Origin: an uncultured delta proteobacterium | GTDB lineage: Bacteria > Myxococcota_A > Polyangia > Polyangiales > Polyangiaceae | Direction of reading: 5' to 3' | DNA: 64,000 nucleotides | NCBI GenBank assembly: GCA_963806225.1 | Contig: CAWDXG010000004.1 | Coordinates: 3,264,001 to 3,328,000 of the forward strand | Shown: piece after piece, positions 47,326 to 57,779 of the stretch | Numbering within the stretch: position 1 is the first letter of the stretch | How the letters are laid out: the number at the start of each line of letters is the position of its first letter | The notes under the pieces: model-generated | Databases searched by the model: none | Told to the model about the DNA's origin: nothing | Seen by the model: only the letters and a program-made list of their open reading frames with translations | Made by a program: the position numbers and the translations under genes

Positions 47326-48717
47326 CTAGCGGAGCAACTCGCCCGCGTGCGCGCGTTTGATGAAGCGACCGCCGCCCTTCGTCTCCTGCTTGCGGTTCTT
47401 CACGATCACGCGACCGCGCGAGATCACCGTTTCGGGGTAACCCTGCACCTCGAAGCCCTCGTACGCGCTGTAGTCCACGTTCATGTGGTGCGTGTCGGGG
47501 TCGTTCGCGCTGATGGTCACCTTGCGCTCCGGATCGAAGAGCACGATGTCCGCGTCCGAGCCTACGGCGATGGTGCCCTTCTTCGGGTACATGCCGAAGG
47601 TGCGCGCCGCCGCCGTGGAGCCGAGCTCGACGAATCGGTTCAGGTCGTAGTGGCCTGCGAGCACGCCCTGGTAGAGCAACACCATGCGGTTTTCCACGCC
47701 GGGTGCGCCGTTCGGGATCTTGGTGAAGGTGTCCTTGCCGAGCTCCTTCTGCCCCTTCATACAGAACGGGCAGTGGTCGGTGGCCACCAGTGCCAGGTGA
47801 CCGTACCTGAGGCCGCGCCACAGGTGCTCCTGGTTCCACTTTTCGCGCAGCGCCGGCGTCATCACCCACTTGGCGCCTTCGAAACCGGGCTTGTCATAGT
47901 AGCTGTCGTCGAGGAAGAGGTACTGCGGGCAGGTCTCCGCCTGCACGTCGACGTCGCGCATCCGGGCGAGCTTCACCTGCTCGAGCGCATCGGCCGAAGA
48001 GAGGTGCACGATATGCAGCGGCACGTCGGCCACCTCGGCGATGGCGATGGCGCGGTGCACGCCCTCGGCCTCCATGCGCGTCGGGCGCGTCTTGGCGTGC
48101 CACTTCGGCTCGACCTTGCCGTCCTTGACCGCGGCCTTGATGATCTCGTCGATGACGATGCCGTTCTCGGCGTGCATGCAGATGCGCGTGTTGTTCTCGC
48201 CGGCCTGGCGGAAGGCGCGATACAGCGTGCCGTCGTCCACGTACAGGACGCCGGGATACGCCATGAACAGCTTGTAGGAAGTAACACCCGCATCGGCGAG
48301 CTTCCCCATCTCCGGCAGCCGCTCGTCGGTCATGTCGGTGACGATCATGTGGAAGGCGTAGTCGATGTGCGCCTTGCCCTCGGCCTTGGCGTGCCAGGTA
48401 TCGAGCCCCTTGAACGTGGACTCGCCCTTGGTCTGGATGGCGAAGTCGACAATCGTGGTCGTACCGCCGAAGGCCGCCGCCAGCGTCCCGGTGTCGAAGT
48501 CGTCGTTCGAGTAGGTGCCGCCGAAGGGCATGTTCATGTGCGTGTGCGGGTCGATGCCGCCGGGGATGACCAACTTGCCCTTGGCGTCGATGACCTGGTC
48601 GGCCTTCACGTCGAGGTCTTTGCCGATCATCGACACCTTCTCGCCGTCGATGAACACGTCCGCGAAGTAGTCGTCCGCAGCCGTCACGACCCGGCCGCCC
48701 TTGATCAAGATACTCAT
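47326..48717 (-). CDS. hydA: Dihydropyrimidinase
   Basis: PGGIDPHTH, SYKLFMAY, HAENG, ETCPQYL, TDHCPF, IPNG. Confidence 0.93.
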   Translation of the reverse strand: MSILIKGGRVVTAADDYFADVFIDGEKVSMIGKDLDVKADQVIDAKGKLVIPGGIDPHTHMNMPFGGTYSNDDFDTGTLAAAFGGTTTIVDFAIQTKGESTFKGLDTWHAKAEGKAHIDYAFHMIVTDMTDERLPEMGKLADAGVTSYKLFMAYPGVLYVDDGTLYRAFRQAGENNTRICMHAENGIVIDEIIKAAVKDGKVEPKWHAKTRPTRMEAEGVHRAIAIAEVADVPLHIVHLSSADALEQVKLARMRDVDVQAETCPQYLFLDDSYYDKPGFEGAKWVMTPALREKWNQEHLWRGLRYGHLALVATDHCPFCMKGQKELGKDTFTKIPNGAPGVENRMVLLYQGVLAGHYDLNRFVELGSTAAARTFGMYPKKGTIAVGSDADIVLFDPERKVTISANDPDTHHMNVDYSAYEGFEVQGYPETVISRGRVIVKNRKQETKGGGRFIKRAHAGELLR

Positions 48718-48744
48718 GCCGTCCTCCAGACTCTTCGAAAGGGC

Positions 48745-50064
48745 CTAGCCCTCGAACACCTCGTCGGTGATGTCGAGGCCCTTGTCGATGATGGCGAAGC
48801 CCTCGCGGAGCTGCTCTTCGGTGATGCACAGCGGCGGGTTGCACATGAACCCGCTCCAGCGCACGAACGTGAAGAGCCCGCTGTCCACGAAGTACTTCGC
48901 GAGCTTGCCCATGGCGGGGTGCGTGCCGTTGAACGGCGCGAGGAACTCGCCCTTGGCGTTCTTTTGCACTTCCATGATGCCGAACAGGCCGATGTTGCGC
49001 GCGTCCTTCACGGACTTGTGCTTGGCCTTCAGCTTCTGCATCTCTCCGCGCATCACCTCGCCGAGGCGCGCGGCGTTCTCCACCAGTCCCTCGCCGATCA
49101 GCACGTCGAGGACGGCCTCGGCGGTGGCCAGCGCGAACGGGTGCGAGTTGTAGGTGAGTCCGCCCCAGAAGACGTTCTTCTTGAAGTGGGCGGCGATGGC
49201 GTCGCTGACGCCCATGGCGCCGAGCGGCACGTAGCTCGAGGTCAGGCCCTTCGCCATCGTCACGATGTCCGGAACGATGTCGCCGTGTTCGAACGCGAAC
49301 AGCTTGCCGGTGCGTCCGAAGCCCGCCATCACCTCGTCGCAGACCAGGAGGATGCCGTGCTTCCTGGTGAGCTCCCTGAGCCCCTTCAGGTAGCCCGCGG
49401 GCGGCGCCAGGATGCCGTTCGTGCCCGTAACCGATTCGATGAATACGGCGGCGATGGTCTGGGGGCCCTCGGCCTGGATCACCTCTTCGAGGTACGCGAG
49501 GTTGTTCTTCGTGATCTCCTCGTCGCTCTCGCCGAAGGAGTAGTTGTACGGCTTCGGGTCGAGGACGTGGAGCACGCCGGGCATGCCGGGCTCGTTCGCC
49601 CAGCGGCGCGGGTCGCCGGTGAGCTGCATCGTCGCGTTGGTGGCGCCGTGGTAGCTGCGGTAGCGCGCGATGATCTTCTGGCGCCCGGTGTACAGCTTGG
49701 CGGCGCGGATCGCGTTCTCGTTCGCTTCGGCGCCGCCCAGCGTGAAGAAGAAGGTGTTGATGTCGCCGGGCACCAGCTCCGCGAGGCGCTTCGAGAAGCG
49801 CGCTCGCGGTTCTGTTGCCGTTCCCGGGTAGATGTACAGGAGCCCGTCGCAGGCCTTCTTCATCGCCGCGACCACCTTCGGGTGGCTGTGGCCGATGGGC
49901 ACGCTCATGAGCTGGCTGTTGAAGTCCAGGATGCGCTTGCCTTCAGGCGTGTAGAAGTACACGCCCTCGGCACGCGCCACCGGGATCGGGTTGACGGCAT
50001 CGCCCGCGGCCCACGTGTACATCGTGTGACGCTTGCAGAGCTCGATGATTTCCTGCGAGTCCAT
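48745..50064 (-). CDS. Class III aminotransferase (beta-alanine/omega-amino acid)
   Basis: DFNSQL, GGAEANE, SYHG, DEVMAGFGRTG, AKGLTS; TGATG-coupled to mmsA. Confidence 0.88.
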   Translation of the reverse strand: MDSQEIIELCKRHTMYTWAAGDAVNPIPVARAEGVYFYTPEGKRILDFNSQLMSVPIGHSHPKVVAAMKKACDGLLYIYPGTATEPRARFSKRLAELVPGDINTFFFTLGGAEANENAIRAAKLYTGRQKIIARYRSYHGATNATMQLTGDPRRWANEPGMPGVLHVLDPKPYNYSFGESDEEITKNNLAYLEEVIQAEGPQTIAAVFIESVTGTNGILAPPAGYLKGLRELTRKHGILLVCDEVMAGFGRTGKLFAFEHGDIVPDIVTMAKGLTSSYVPLGAMGVSDAIAAHFKKNVFWGGLTYNSHPFALATAEAVLDVLIGEGLVENAARLGEVMRGEMQKLKAKHKSVKDARNIGLFGIMEVQKNAKGEFLAPFNGTHPAMGKLAKYFVDSGLFTFVRWSGFMCNPPLCITEEQLREGFAIIDKGLDITDEVFEG

Positions 50065-51569
50065 CACGACATCCAGTTGGCGTCCTGCTGCAGCTCCCAC
50101 TTGACCGTGACCTTGCGCGGCCGCGTCCAGAAGTGGAAGCCATCGATGCCCGTCAGGTTGCCGTGGCCGAACTTGCTGTCGTTCCAGCCGCCGAAGCCGA
50201 ACGGCTCGCGCGGCACCGGAACGCCGACGTTCACACCGACCATGCCGGCCTCTACGCGACGCATGACGTAGTCGGCCACAGCGCCGCTCGTGGTGTAGAT
50301 GCACGATGCGTTGCCGTACGGGTGGCTGTTCTCGAGCGCGATGGCCTCGTCGAGGTTCTTGACGTGCACGACGCTCAGGACAGGGCCGAAGATTTCGTCC
50401 TTCCATGCCCCCATCTCCGGCGTGACGCCGTCGATGATGGTCGGTCCGACCCAGTAGCCCTCGTCGTTGCCCTTCTTGTTGCGGCCGTCGACGACAACCT
50501 TGGCGCCGGCCTTTTCGGCCTCGTCGATGTAGCGGGTGATGCGATCGACCGACACCTTGTTGATGATAGGGCCGACATGCTTGCCGGTCTGGAGCGTCTT
50601 GGCCTTCTCGACCACAGCGTCCATCACCTTGCTCACGTCGCCCACGGCCACCAGCACCGAAGCGGCCATGCAGCGCTGACCGGCACAGCCGGTGAACGAT
50701 GCCACGACGTTCTCGGCGGTCACCTTCACGTCGGCGTCGGGCACCAGGATCAGGTGGTTCTTCGCGCCGCCCAGACAGAGCATCGTCTTGCCGGTTGCGG
50801 CGCCGCGTCCGTAGACGTGCTTGGCCACCTTGGTGGAGCCCACGAAGGCCATGGCACGGATCTTCGGGTGATCGCACAGGGCGTTGACCACGTCGGCGGC
50901 GCCGTTGACGATGTTGAACACGCCGTCGGGCAGGCCGGCTTCCTTGAGCAGCGCCGCGAGCTTCATCGCGCCGAGCGGCACACGCTCGCTGGGCTTGAGC
51001 ACGAAGGTGTTCCCGCCGACGATCGCCTGCGGCAGCATCCAGAGCGGCACCATTACCGGGAAGTTGAACGGCGTGACGCCGGCGACCACGCCCAGCGGCT
51101 CGTGGATCTCCTTGCACACCACGCCGCGGCTCACCTCGAGCTCTTCGCCGCTGCCGCCCGAGTTGGGCAGCGAAGCGCCGAACTCGACGCACTCGATGCC
51201 CTTGAGCACGCTGGCTTTCGCCTCGGCGTAGGTCTTGCCGTTCTCGTGCACGACGAGCCAGGAAAGCTCCTCAACGTCGCGCTCCATCAGCTCTCTTAGC
51301 TTGTAGAAGATCTGCGCGCGCTCGCGCATCGGCCAGCGCGACCAGGTGGCGAAGGCGCGCTGCGCGGCTTGCACTGCGAGATCCACGTCTTCCGCTCCGG
51401 AGAGCGGCACGCTGGAGAAGTCCTTGGCCCAGCGCGGGTTGTCGACGGGCAGCGTCTTGCCCGTCGTAGCGTCACGCCACTCGCCGCCGATCCAGTTACG
51501 GGCCGGGACGTACTCGACGAAATCCTCGTTCTTCGCCGGGAAGGCCGGGGGGAAATTCTTGTCTGACAT
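50064..51569 (-). CDS. mmsA: CoA-acylating (methyl)malonate-semialdehyde dehydrogenase
   Basis: PFNFPVMVP, FVGST, GGAKNH, GQRCMA, EIFGP, NVGVPVP. Confidence 0.9.
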   Translation of the reverse strand: MSDKNFPPAFPAKNEDFVEYVPARNWIGGEWRDATTGKTLPVDNPRWAKDFSSVPLSGAEDVDLAVQAAQRAFATWSRWPMRERAQIFYKLRELMERDVEELSWLVVHENGKTYAEAKASVLKGIECVEFGASLPNSGGSGEELEVSRGVVCKEIHEPLGVVAGVTPFNFPVMVPLWMLPQAIVGGNTFVLKPSERVPLGAMKLAALLKEAGLPDGVFNIVNGAADVVNALCDHPKIRAMAFVGSTKVAKHVYGRGAATGKTMLCLGGAKNHLILVPDADVKVTAENVVASFTGCAGQRCMAASVLVAVGDVSKVMDAVVEKAKTLQTGKHVGPIINKVSVDRITRYIDEAEKAGAKVVVDGRNKKGNDEGYWVGPTIIDGVTPEMGAWKDEIFGPVLSVVHVKNLDEAIALENSHPYGNASCIYTTSGAVADYVMRRVEAGMVGVNVGVPVPREPFGFGGWNDSKFGHGNLTGIDGFHFWTRPRKVTVKWELQQDANWMS

Positions 51570-51580
51570 GATCGTCTCCT

Positions 51581-52447
51581 CTACCTCTTGACCAGCTCGT
51601 CGTACGCGTCGGGACGACGGTCGCGATAGAACTGCCAGGTCTGCCGCACCTCGTCGATCATCGACAGGTCGAGGTCGGCGACGATCAGCTCGTCGTTGTC
51701 CTCGGACGCCTCGGCGATGATCTCGCCGCGCGGGTTGGCGAAGTAGCTCGTGCCGTAGAACTTGCCGATGTTCCAGGGCGCCTCGGTGCCGACGCGGTTG
51801 GACGCCGCCATGAAGTAGCCGTTGGCCGCGGCGTGGGCGGGCTGCTCGAGCTTCCACAGGTACTGCGAGAGCCCCGCGACGGTCGCGCTCGGGTTGAACA
51901 CGATCTCGGCGCCGTTCAGGCCGAGGCAGCGAGCGCCCTCGGGGAAGTGGCGGTCGTAGCAGATGTACACGCCCACCTTGGCGTACTTGGTCTCGAACAC
52001 CGGGTAGCCGCCGTTGCCGGGACGGAAGAAGTACTTCTCCCAGAAGCCGGCCACCTGCGGGATGTGCTGCTTTCTGTACTTGCCGAGGTACGTGCCGTCG
52101 GCATCGATGACCGCGGCGGTGTTGTAGAAGACGCCGCGCATCTCCTGCTCGTACAGCGGCACGACCATGACCATGTTGTGCTTGCGGGCGATGCCCTGCA
52201 TCAGCTCCGTCGTCGGCCCCGGGATGCTTTCGGCGGCCTCGTACCAGCGCTTGTCCTGGCTCGGGCAGAAGTAGGGGCCGTTGAAGATCTCCTGAAGGCC
52301 GAGGATCTGCACGCCCTTCTTCGCGGCGTCCTCGATGAACGGCATGTGCTTGTCGAGCATCGCCTTCTGGATGTCCTTGACGGGCACCTTCTCGTCATTG
52401 ATGGGGTTGGAACACTGGATCATTCCGCAACGCACGATCTGGCTCAT
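51581..52447 (-). CDS. Nitrilase-family beta-ureidopropionase
   Basis: QEIF, YRKQHIP, FWEKYFF, ICYDRHFPEG triad; first gene of the hydA operon. Confidence 0.85.
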   Translation of the reverse strand: MSQIVRCGMIQCSNPINDEKVPVKDIQKAMLDKHMPFIEDAAKKGVQILGLQEIFNGPYFCPSQDKRWYEAAESIPGPTTELMQGIARKHNMVMVVPLYEQEMRGVFYNTAAVIDADGTYLGKYRKQHIPQVAGFWEKYFFRPGNGGYPVFETKYAKVGVYICYDRHFPEGARCLGLNGAEIVFNPSATVAGLSQYLWKLEQPAHAAANGYFMAASNRVGTEAPWNIGKFYGTSYFANPRGEIIAEASEDNDELIVADLDLSMIDEVRQTWQFYRDRRPDAYDELVKR

Positions 52448-52801
52448 CGCTCACGCTCCTGGCGCGGCAGGGGCCCATCGGCGGGAAGGGCAGGCCGCGC
52501 GGCATCTCGAGAAAAAGGAAATGCAGGATACGCGACCTGTCCGCGGTGACTAGAGGCGACCATCCGAGCAGGGGAACGGCCCAGGGGCCGCTCCTCCAGA
52601 CGCAACCGGCCTGCGTGCGGACGGGACCTCGACGCCAGGCGCGGCGCACCGCGTCACCGGGCGCGCCGCGCCTGCGGCGTTGGCACACCGCGCGACGCTC
52701 ATTCCAGGGCAATTGATGCGGCTCAAGCCCGCTCCCCGGAAATGCAGCTAGAGGAAGGTTCCCAAGCAAGCCGGCGTACTCATGCTGCAAGGAGGCTCCA
52801 T

Positions 52802-53536
52802 TTGACCACTCTCCGCTTCGCCGTATCCACCCTCGCTGCTGTTGGTTGCGCGTTGCTCCCCGCCCTCGCGAGCGCGCAGCCAGAACCGTCATCGGACGCG
52901 CCCGCCGCAGCGGCGCCTGATGCCGCCCCTGCCGCGGCTCCAGCGCCAGCCCCCGCCGCAGCTCCAGCGCCAGCCCCCGCCGCTGCCCCCGCTGCGGCTC
53001 CAGCGGCTGCGCCCGCCCCAACGGAAGACACGTCGGACGACCCCTCGAAGAACTCGGTCTACGCCGAGATTCTGGGCTCGGCGATGATCGGCTCGGTCAA
53101 CTACGAACGCATGGTGATTCCCGACGTCGGAGTCCGGGTGGGCTTCGGCTACTTTTCCTCATCCTCGTCCGTGTCCACATCGGCGGGCACTGCCTCGAGC
53201 AGCGTCACGTATCTCTTCTTTCCGGTCACGGCCAGCTACATTGGCCTCCGCTCCGGCAGGCACAGCCTCGAGGTGGGCGGCGGCGCGACGCTCCTGTCGG
53301 TGAGCGGCAGCGGCAGCTTTCTCGGCGCGCACGCTTCCAGCTCGGGTCTCATCCCGTATGGCGACGTCCTGCTGGGCTATCGCCTGCAACCGACAGGCGG
53401 CAAAGCCGGCTTCATGTTCCGCGTCGGCGCCATGGCTCTGGTCGGCAAGGGCTTCTCCTTCTCCTCCAATGCGGATCCGGAGAAGATCGGCGTCATCCCC
53501 TGGGGCTACATCAGCTTCGGCGCGTCGTTCCTCTAG
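52802..53536 (+). CDS. Outer-membrane beta-barrel protein with Ala/Pro linker
   Basis: RBS AGGAGG then TTG; signal peptide; NSVYAEILG...SVNYER; ends ISFGASFL. Confidence 0.7.
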   Translation: MTTLRFAVSTLAAVGCALLPALASAQPEPSSDAPAAAAPDAAPAAAPAPAPAAAPAPAPAAAPAAAPAAAPAPTEDTSDDPSKNSVYAEILGSAMIGSVNYERMVIPDVGVRVGFGYFSSSSSVSTSAGTASSSVTYLFFPVTASYIGLRSGRHSLEVGGGATLLSVSGSGSFLGAHASSSGLIPYGDVLLGYRLQPTGGKAGFMFRVGAMALVGKGFSFSSNADPEKIGVIPWGYISFGASFL

Positions 53537-53735
53537 TGCGCGCGTAGCTGCGCCGCGGCGTCAGCCGGCGCCGCGGCGTCAGCCGGCGCCGCGGCGGGCG
53601 GCCGGGTACACTCGGCCGCCATGAGCTCCGCGGAGTGGCGTTTCACCCACAAGGACGGACGACCCTACTAGCGGACCGCACGCGCCCTGCGGGCCCACGC
53701 TTTGCACGCCGACGGCGTTCTGTTACGCCCCGGCC

Positions 53736-54431
53736 ATGAGCGAAAACCCGGTGAGCTTCGAACTGTCCCGCGACGTCGCCGTCGTGCGCATGGACGACGG
53801 CAAGGCCAACGCGCTGAGCCCTGCGATGCTGGACGGCCTGGACGAAGCGTTCGGGCGGGCGACGAAGGAGGCCAAGGCAACGGTCCTGGTAGGGCGCGAA
53901 GGGCGGTTCTCGGCCGGCTTCGATCTGCGGCACATGATGGCCGGTCCGGCCGAGGCGCGCGCGCTGCTCACGCAGGGCGCGGACGTGCTGATGAAGGCCT
54001 ACGGACACCCGCAGCCGCTGGTCGTAGCGTGCACCGGGCACGCGCTGGCGGGTGGCGCGCTCCTGGTGCTGACCGGCGACGTGCGCATCGGCACGCTGGG
54101 CGAGTTCAAGATCGGGCTGAACGAAGTCGCCATCGGCATGCCGCTGCCGATCCTGGCGCTGGAGATGGCGCGCGATCGACTGGCGCCGAAGAAGCTCACC
54201 GAGGCCACGCTCACCGCACGCCAGTACGCACCGCCCGAAGCCGTCCAGGTGGGCTACCTTGACGAGGCGCTCGAAGCCGATGCCGTGCTGCCCGCCGCGA
54301 TGGAGCGCGCAAAGCAACTCACCCAGCTCTCTGGAACGCCCTTCGCCGCCAGCAAGCGCGGCCTGCGCGGTGGAACGATCCAGCACATCCGCGACACGCT
54401 GGACGCGAACCTGCGCGAGTTCGGCGCGTAG
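53736..54431 (+). CDS. Crotonase/enoyl-CoA hydratase family
   Basis: MDDGKANA, FSAGFDL, GHALAGGA, IGLNEVAIG. Confidence 0.9.
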   Translation: MSENPVSFELSRDVAVVRMDDGKANALSPAMLDGLDEAFGRATKEAKATVLVGREGRFSAGFDLRHMMAGPAEARALLTQGADVLMKAYGHPQPLVVACTGHALAGGALLVLTGDVRIGTLGEFKIGLNEVAIGMPLPILALEMARDRLAPKKLTEATLTARQYAPPEAVQVGYLDEALEADAVLPAAMERAKQLTQLSGTPFAASKRGLRGGTIQHIRDTLDANLREFGA

Positions 54432-54482
54432 GCGTCAGGGCCGCGAAGGTCGGGCGCGTCCTGCCGTGACGCGAGGGGCCGG

Positions 54483-55691
54483 CTACTTGCCGCACGTATG
54501 GCCATGCCCGCAGTGGTTGCTGCAACAGTCGCCGTTCTGGTAGCAGCTGGCGTCCTTCGGCTTGCAGCACGTGCCGTTGTCGGGGACCGTTCCGGAAGGA
54601 CACGCGCAGGAACCACCCTGGCAGGTCTGGCCGCCCGAACACTTCTTGCCGCAGCCCCCGCAGTTGTTGCCGTCCCTGTTGGTGTTCGCTTCGCAGCCGT
54701 TTGCCTTGTTGCCGTCGCAGTTGGCGTAGCCGCTGCTGCACTGCGGGTTGCACGTTCCGTTGCTGCAGGAGGTGCTGCCGTACTGGTTTTTGCAGGCCGT
54801 GTTGCACTTGCCGCAGTGGGCAGTGCTGGTCAGGAGGTCGGTCTCGCAGCCGTCGCTGGTCCCGTTGCTACAGTCGCCATAGCCGGGGTTGCAGGTGATG
54901 GCGCACTTGCCGGCAACGCACGCGGCCTTGCCATTCGTGCTGTTGCAGACCGTGTTGCAGCCTCCGCAGTGCGTGGCGTCGGTCGAGACATCCTGCTCGC
55001 AACCATTGGCGGTGTTGCCGTCGCAGTCGGCCCAGCCCGCGTCGCACTTGGTGTAGCCGCAGGTGCTGCTGCTGCAGGTTAGCGCGGCGTGCTGCACAGT
55101 AGCGCCGCAGTCATTGCCGCAGAAGCTGCAGTTCTTCGCGTCCGAGACCAGGTCGGTCTCGCAGCCGTCGGACGCATCGCTGTTGCAGTCACCCTGGCCC
55201 ACAGGGCAGTTGGAGACCTGGCACTTGCCCTGGTTGCACGCCCAGTTCGTGGCACCGCCCGACGCGGAGCAGTCGTCACCGCAGCTCCCGCAGTTGTGGG
55301 GATCGTTGGCAGTGTTCACCTCGCAGCCGTCGCTCGGGTCGTTGTTGCAGTCGCTGAACCCCGAACTGCAGCTCTGGATGTCGCACTGGCCACTCCCAGC
55401 ACAGCCGGCGACCGCGTTGGGCAGGCTACACGCGGCGCAGGACGGCTCTGCGCAACCAAAGGATGGATCGTCCTTGGGAGGACAGCTCTCGCCGCAGAAC
55501 TTCTGGTCGGGGGTGGGAAAGCAGTTCGGCTGGCCACCGCTGCCCGCAACGCCGCCGCCGTCTCCGGCCGCCCCGGCCATCCCTTCGAGTCCCGCATCCG
55601 GCGGGGAGCCGGTGCCCGTCGCCTGGGTGTTGACGCTGCAAGCGGCCAGGCCGCCGCAGACCACCACGAGAAGCCAGGGAAAGCGACACAT
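54483..55691 (-). CDS. Cys-rich repeat lipoprotein, paralog of 24099-25367
   Basis: Lipobox LAAC; DGCE...NCGxCG repeats; similar N-terminal CxPTPxQKxCG. Confidence 0.8.
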   Translation of the reverse strand: MCRFPWLLVVVCGGLAACSVNTQATGTGSPPDAGLEGMAGAAGDGGGVAGSGGQPNCFPTPDQKFCGESCPPKDDPSFGCAEPSCAACSLPNAVAGCAGSGQCDIQSCSSGFSDCNNDPSDGCEVNTANDPHNCGSCGDDCSASGGATNWACNQGKCQVSNCPVGQGDCNSDASDGCETDLVSDAKNCSFCGNDCGATVQHAALTCSSSTCGYTKCDAGWADCDGNTANGCEQDVSTDATHCGGCNTVCNSTNGKAACVAGKCAITCNPGYGDCSNGTSDGCETDLLTSTAHCGKCNTACKNQYGSTSCSNGTCNPQCSSGYANCDGNKANGCEANTNRDGNNCGGCGKKCSGGQTCQGGSCACPSGTVPDNGTCCKPKDASCYQNGDCCSNHCGHGHTCGK

Positions 55692-55761
55692 AGTGCCAAG
55701 CGTACTACGGCGCACACCTCGCCGACACCGTCCTCGGCCAGGGCAGCCGCGTTTGTCCGAC

Positions 55762-56160
55762 CTACGCTCCCTGCGCGTGTTGGGGTGGCGACGCTATACC
55801 CGCGTCGCCCCGGGTGCAGGAGAGGCAGGGTCCGCGAAAGGTCTCGAAGCCCGCGTGGCAGACGACGAGATCCTTGCCGTCGCACGTTACCCCTTCGCCG
55901 TCCGGACAGGCCGCGCTCGGATGGTTCGAGACCGCACAGAACACGTCCCCGGCATTGTCGACGCAAACGCTCGGCGCCTTGCACGGCACGCGAACCCATT
56001 GGTTGGCACCAAACATCTGATCGACGCCAGGCTTGGGGCAGGTGACCATCGTGTTGCCTTCGCAACGCGATCGATCGTGCGTGGGATGGCATGGTTTGCG
56101 GCAGCTCACGAGGCACCCGACGGCGATCAGGCTGGCGAGACCGACGGACAGTTCCTTCAT
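55762..56160 (-). CDS. Small Cys-rich lipoprotein
   Basis: Signal with LVSC lipobox; multiple paired Cys. Confidence 0.6.
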   Translation of the reverse strand: MKELSVGLASLIAVGCLVSCRKPCHPTHDRSRCEGNTMVTCPKPGVDQMFGANQWVRVPCKAPSVCVDNAGDVFCAVSNHPSAACPDGEGVTCDGKDLVVCHAGFETFRGPCLSCTRGDAGIASPPQHAQGA

Positions 56161-56477
56161 CACGGTTTTTCAATATCGTCTCCGGGACACGGCTGTCCAA
56201 TGGCGCGCGCAGGTCGAAACCCCCGACTCGCACCGGCGTGGTTATGCTCGGGGCCATCCCGTGGCGCGCAAGCTCAACGACGCGCTCTACGCCAAGAACG
56301 GCACCTGGCAGCTTTTCACCGTGGGCGCACGCCCAACCACCGGGAATCGGGAACACAACGCGCCCAGCGCGCCGCCGTTCCGGATAGACTGGCAGTGCGA
56401 TGGCGGCGATTGGTATTCCAGGACGCGTCGGGAAGGTGAGGGCACGGCGCACCGCGCCGTGGTTTCCGGTGCGGGCA

Positions 56478-57746
56478 ATGCAGGTCGGCCTGCTCCTGTG
56501 TCTCGCTGCCGGGGCCGCCAACGCACGCGCCGGAGCCGTGTCGCCGTGGCCCGCGCGGTTCTACGCGGAAATACTGACCCCCCGCCCGACACGCTGGACG
56601 CCCGCGTTCGATGCCTACCACCGCGGCTTCTACGCGGTCGACAAGCGTGGCCTCTTGGCCGCGCTTCCGGTCTACGCGCGTGCCAGGGGCGTAAGGCTGC
56701 GGGCGCTTCTGGTGCTTGGGCCCGTGGGCGTTCTGTGGAGCTACGACGCGTTCACGTTCGTCGAGGAGCGGGGCCGCATTCGCGTGGTCGAAATCCAGAT
56801 GCCCCACGCGCGCATCGTGCGGAAGCGCGCCGGGTGGATCACCCGAGGACAGCTCGAAAAGCTCGAGCGCACCGTCCGTTCGTCCAGCGTGGTGTCGGCG
56901 GCCGCGAGCGCCGACGACCTCCCGCGCGGTCGCCACGCCGAGTACCGGTACACTTTCCTGTTCGCGGACTTTCGCGACAAGGCGCCTCTCGCCTTTGCCG
57001 ATCTGGAAGGCGCGAGCGACCGCGGCGCGGTTCGCACACTGCTCGCGCCGCTCGACACGCTCGACCGAAAACTCGACGAGACGTACACCATCGACCTCGG
57101 CCCCGACCTGCGCCCGTCCGAAAGGTCGTGGCAGGGTGGAGCGATCGGACTTGCGGCGACCCTGGCCGGCGACGAGTCGCGAGAGCTCGCGCGCGCTCTC
57201 CAGCAGGCTGGGTACTCGACGCTGACGACGACGCAGCTACAACTCGGTCCGGCGGTCGCGCTGTGGTACCGCCACTGGACCTTCGGCGGCTCGATCGACC
57301 TGGGGCTCAGTCGCAGCGCGCGCGGCCCGGAGGGCACCCGCTTCTCGATCCGGGAATGGGGCTCCAATTTCTACGGCGGCTACGCGCTGATCGACACGCT
57401 GAACCTCGTCGCATTCCCCGCGCTCGAGCTGGGCGCCCATGAGGCCGACGCTGGAATGGATCCACGGGCGCCGCCGTTCTTTTCTGCCCACTACTTCGGC
57501 GCTGGCAAGCGGATCGACATCCGCCAGGAATCGTTCATGGTGGGCGCGTCGCTGGGTTCTGACTACGAAGTGCCGTTCCGGAAACGGCTCGCAGGTAGGT
57601 GGGGAGTGATCTTCGGGACCCGCCTTGGCTACGTTCGAGGCTTCCCGCTGCCCTGGTCGGACGCAGACGGGCAACTCGACGGAGGTCCGCGCGTTTCCGG
57701 GTCCGGCGCGTTTGCACGATTCTGGGTCGGGTTGGTCGCGCCGTAG
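56478..57746 (+). CDS. Exported hypothetical protein with C-terminal beta-barrel-like region
   Basis: Signal peptide-like start; amphipathic strands in the C-terminal half. Confidence 0.55.
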   Translation: MQVGLLLCLAAGAANARAGAVSPWPARFYAEILTPRPTRWTPAFDAYHRGFYAVDKRGLLAALPVYARARGVRLRALLVLGPVGVLWSYDAFTFVEERGRIRVVEIQMPHARIVRKRAGWITRGQLEKLERTVRSSSVVSAAASADDLPRGRHAEYRYTFLFADFRDKAPLAFADLEGASDRGAVRTLLAPLDTLDRKLDETYTIDLGPDLRPSERSWQGGAIGLAATLAGDESRELARALQQAGYSTLTTTQLQLGPAVALWYRHWTFGGSIDLGLSRSARGPEGTRFSIREWGSNFYGGYALIDTLNLVAFPALELGAHEADAGMDPRAPPFFSAHYFGAGKRIDIRQESFMVGASLGSDYEVPFRKRLAGRWGVIFGTRLGYVRGFPLPWSDADGQLDGGPRVSGSGAFARFWVGLVAP

Positions 57747-57779
57747 TGCTCTGGGTCACGCTTCCGCGCGCCGCAGGCG

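Noticed and set aside
46486..50271. 1261-aa plus-strand ORF
   Set aside because: Antisense shadow of hydA, the aminotransferase and the YkuD gene, common in high-GC DNA.
52910..53020. Ala/Pro repeats (also 25990-26027, 28160-28260, 47140-47200) as DNA elements
   Set aside because: In-frame low-complexity protein linkers.
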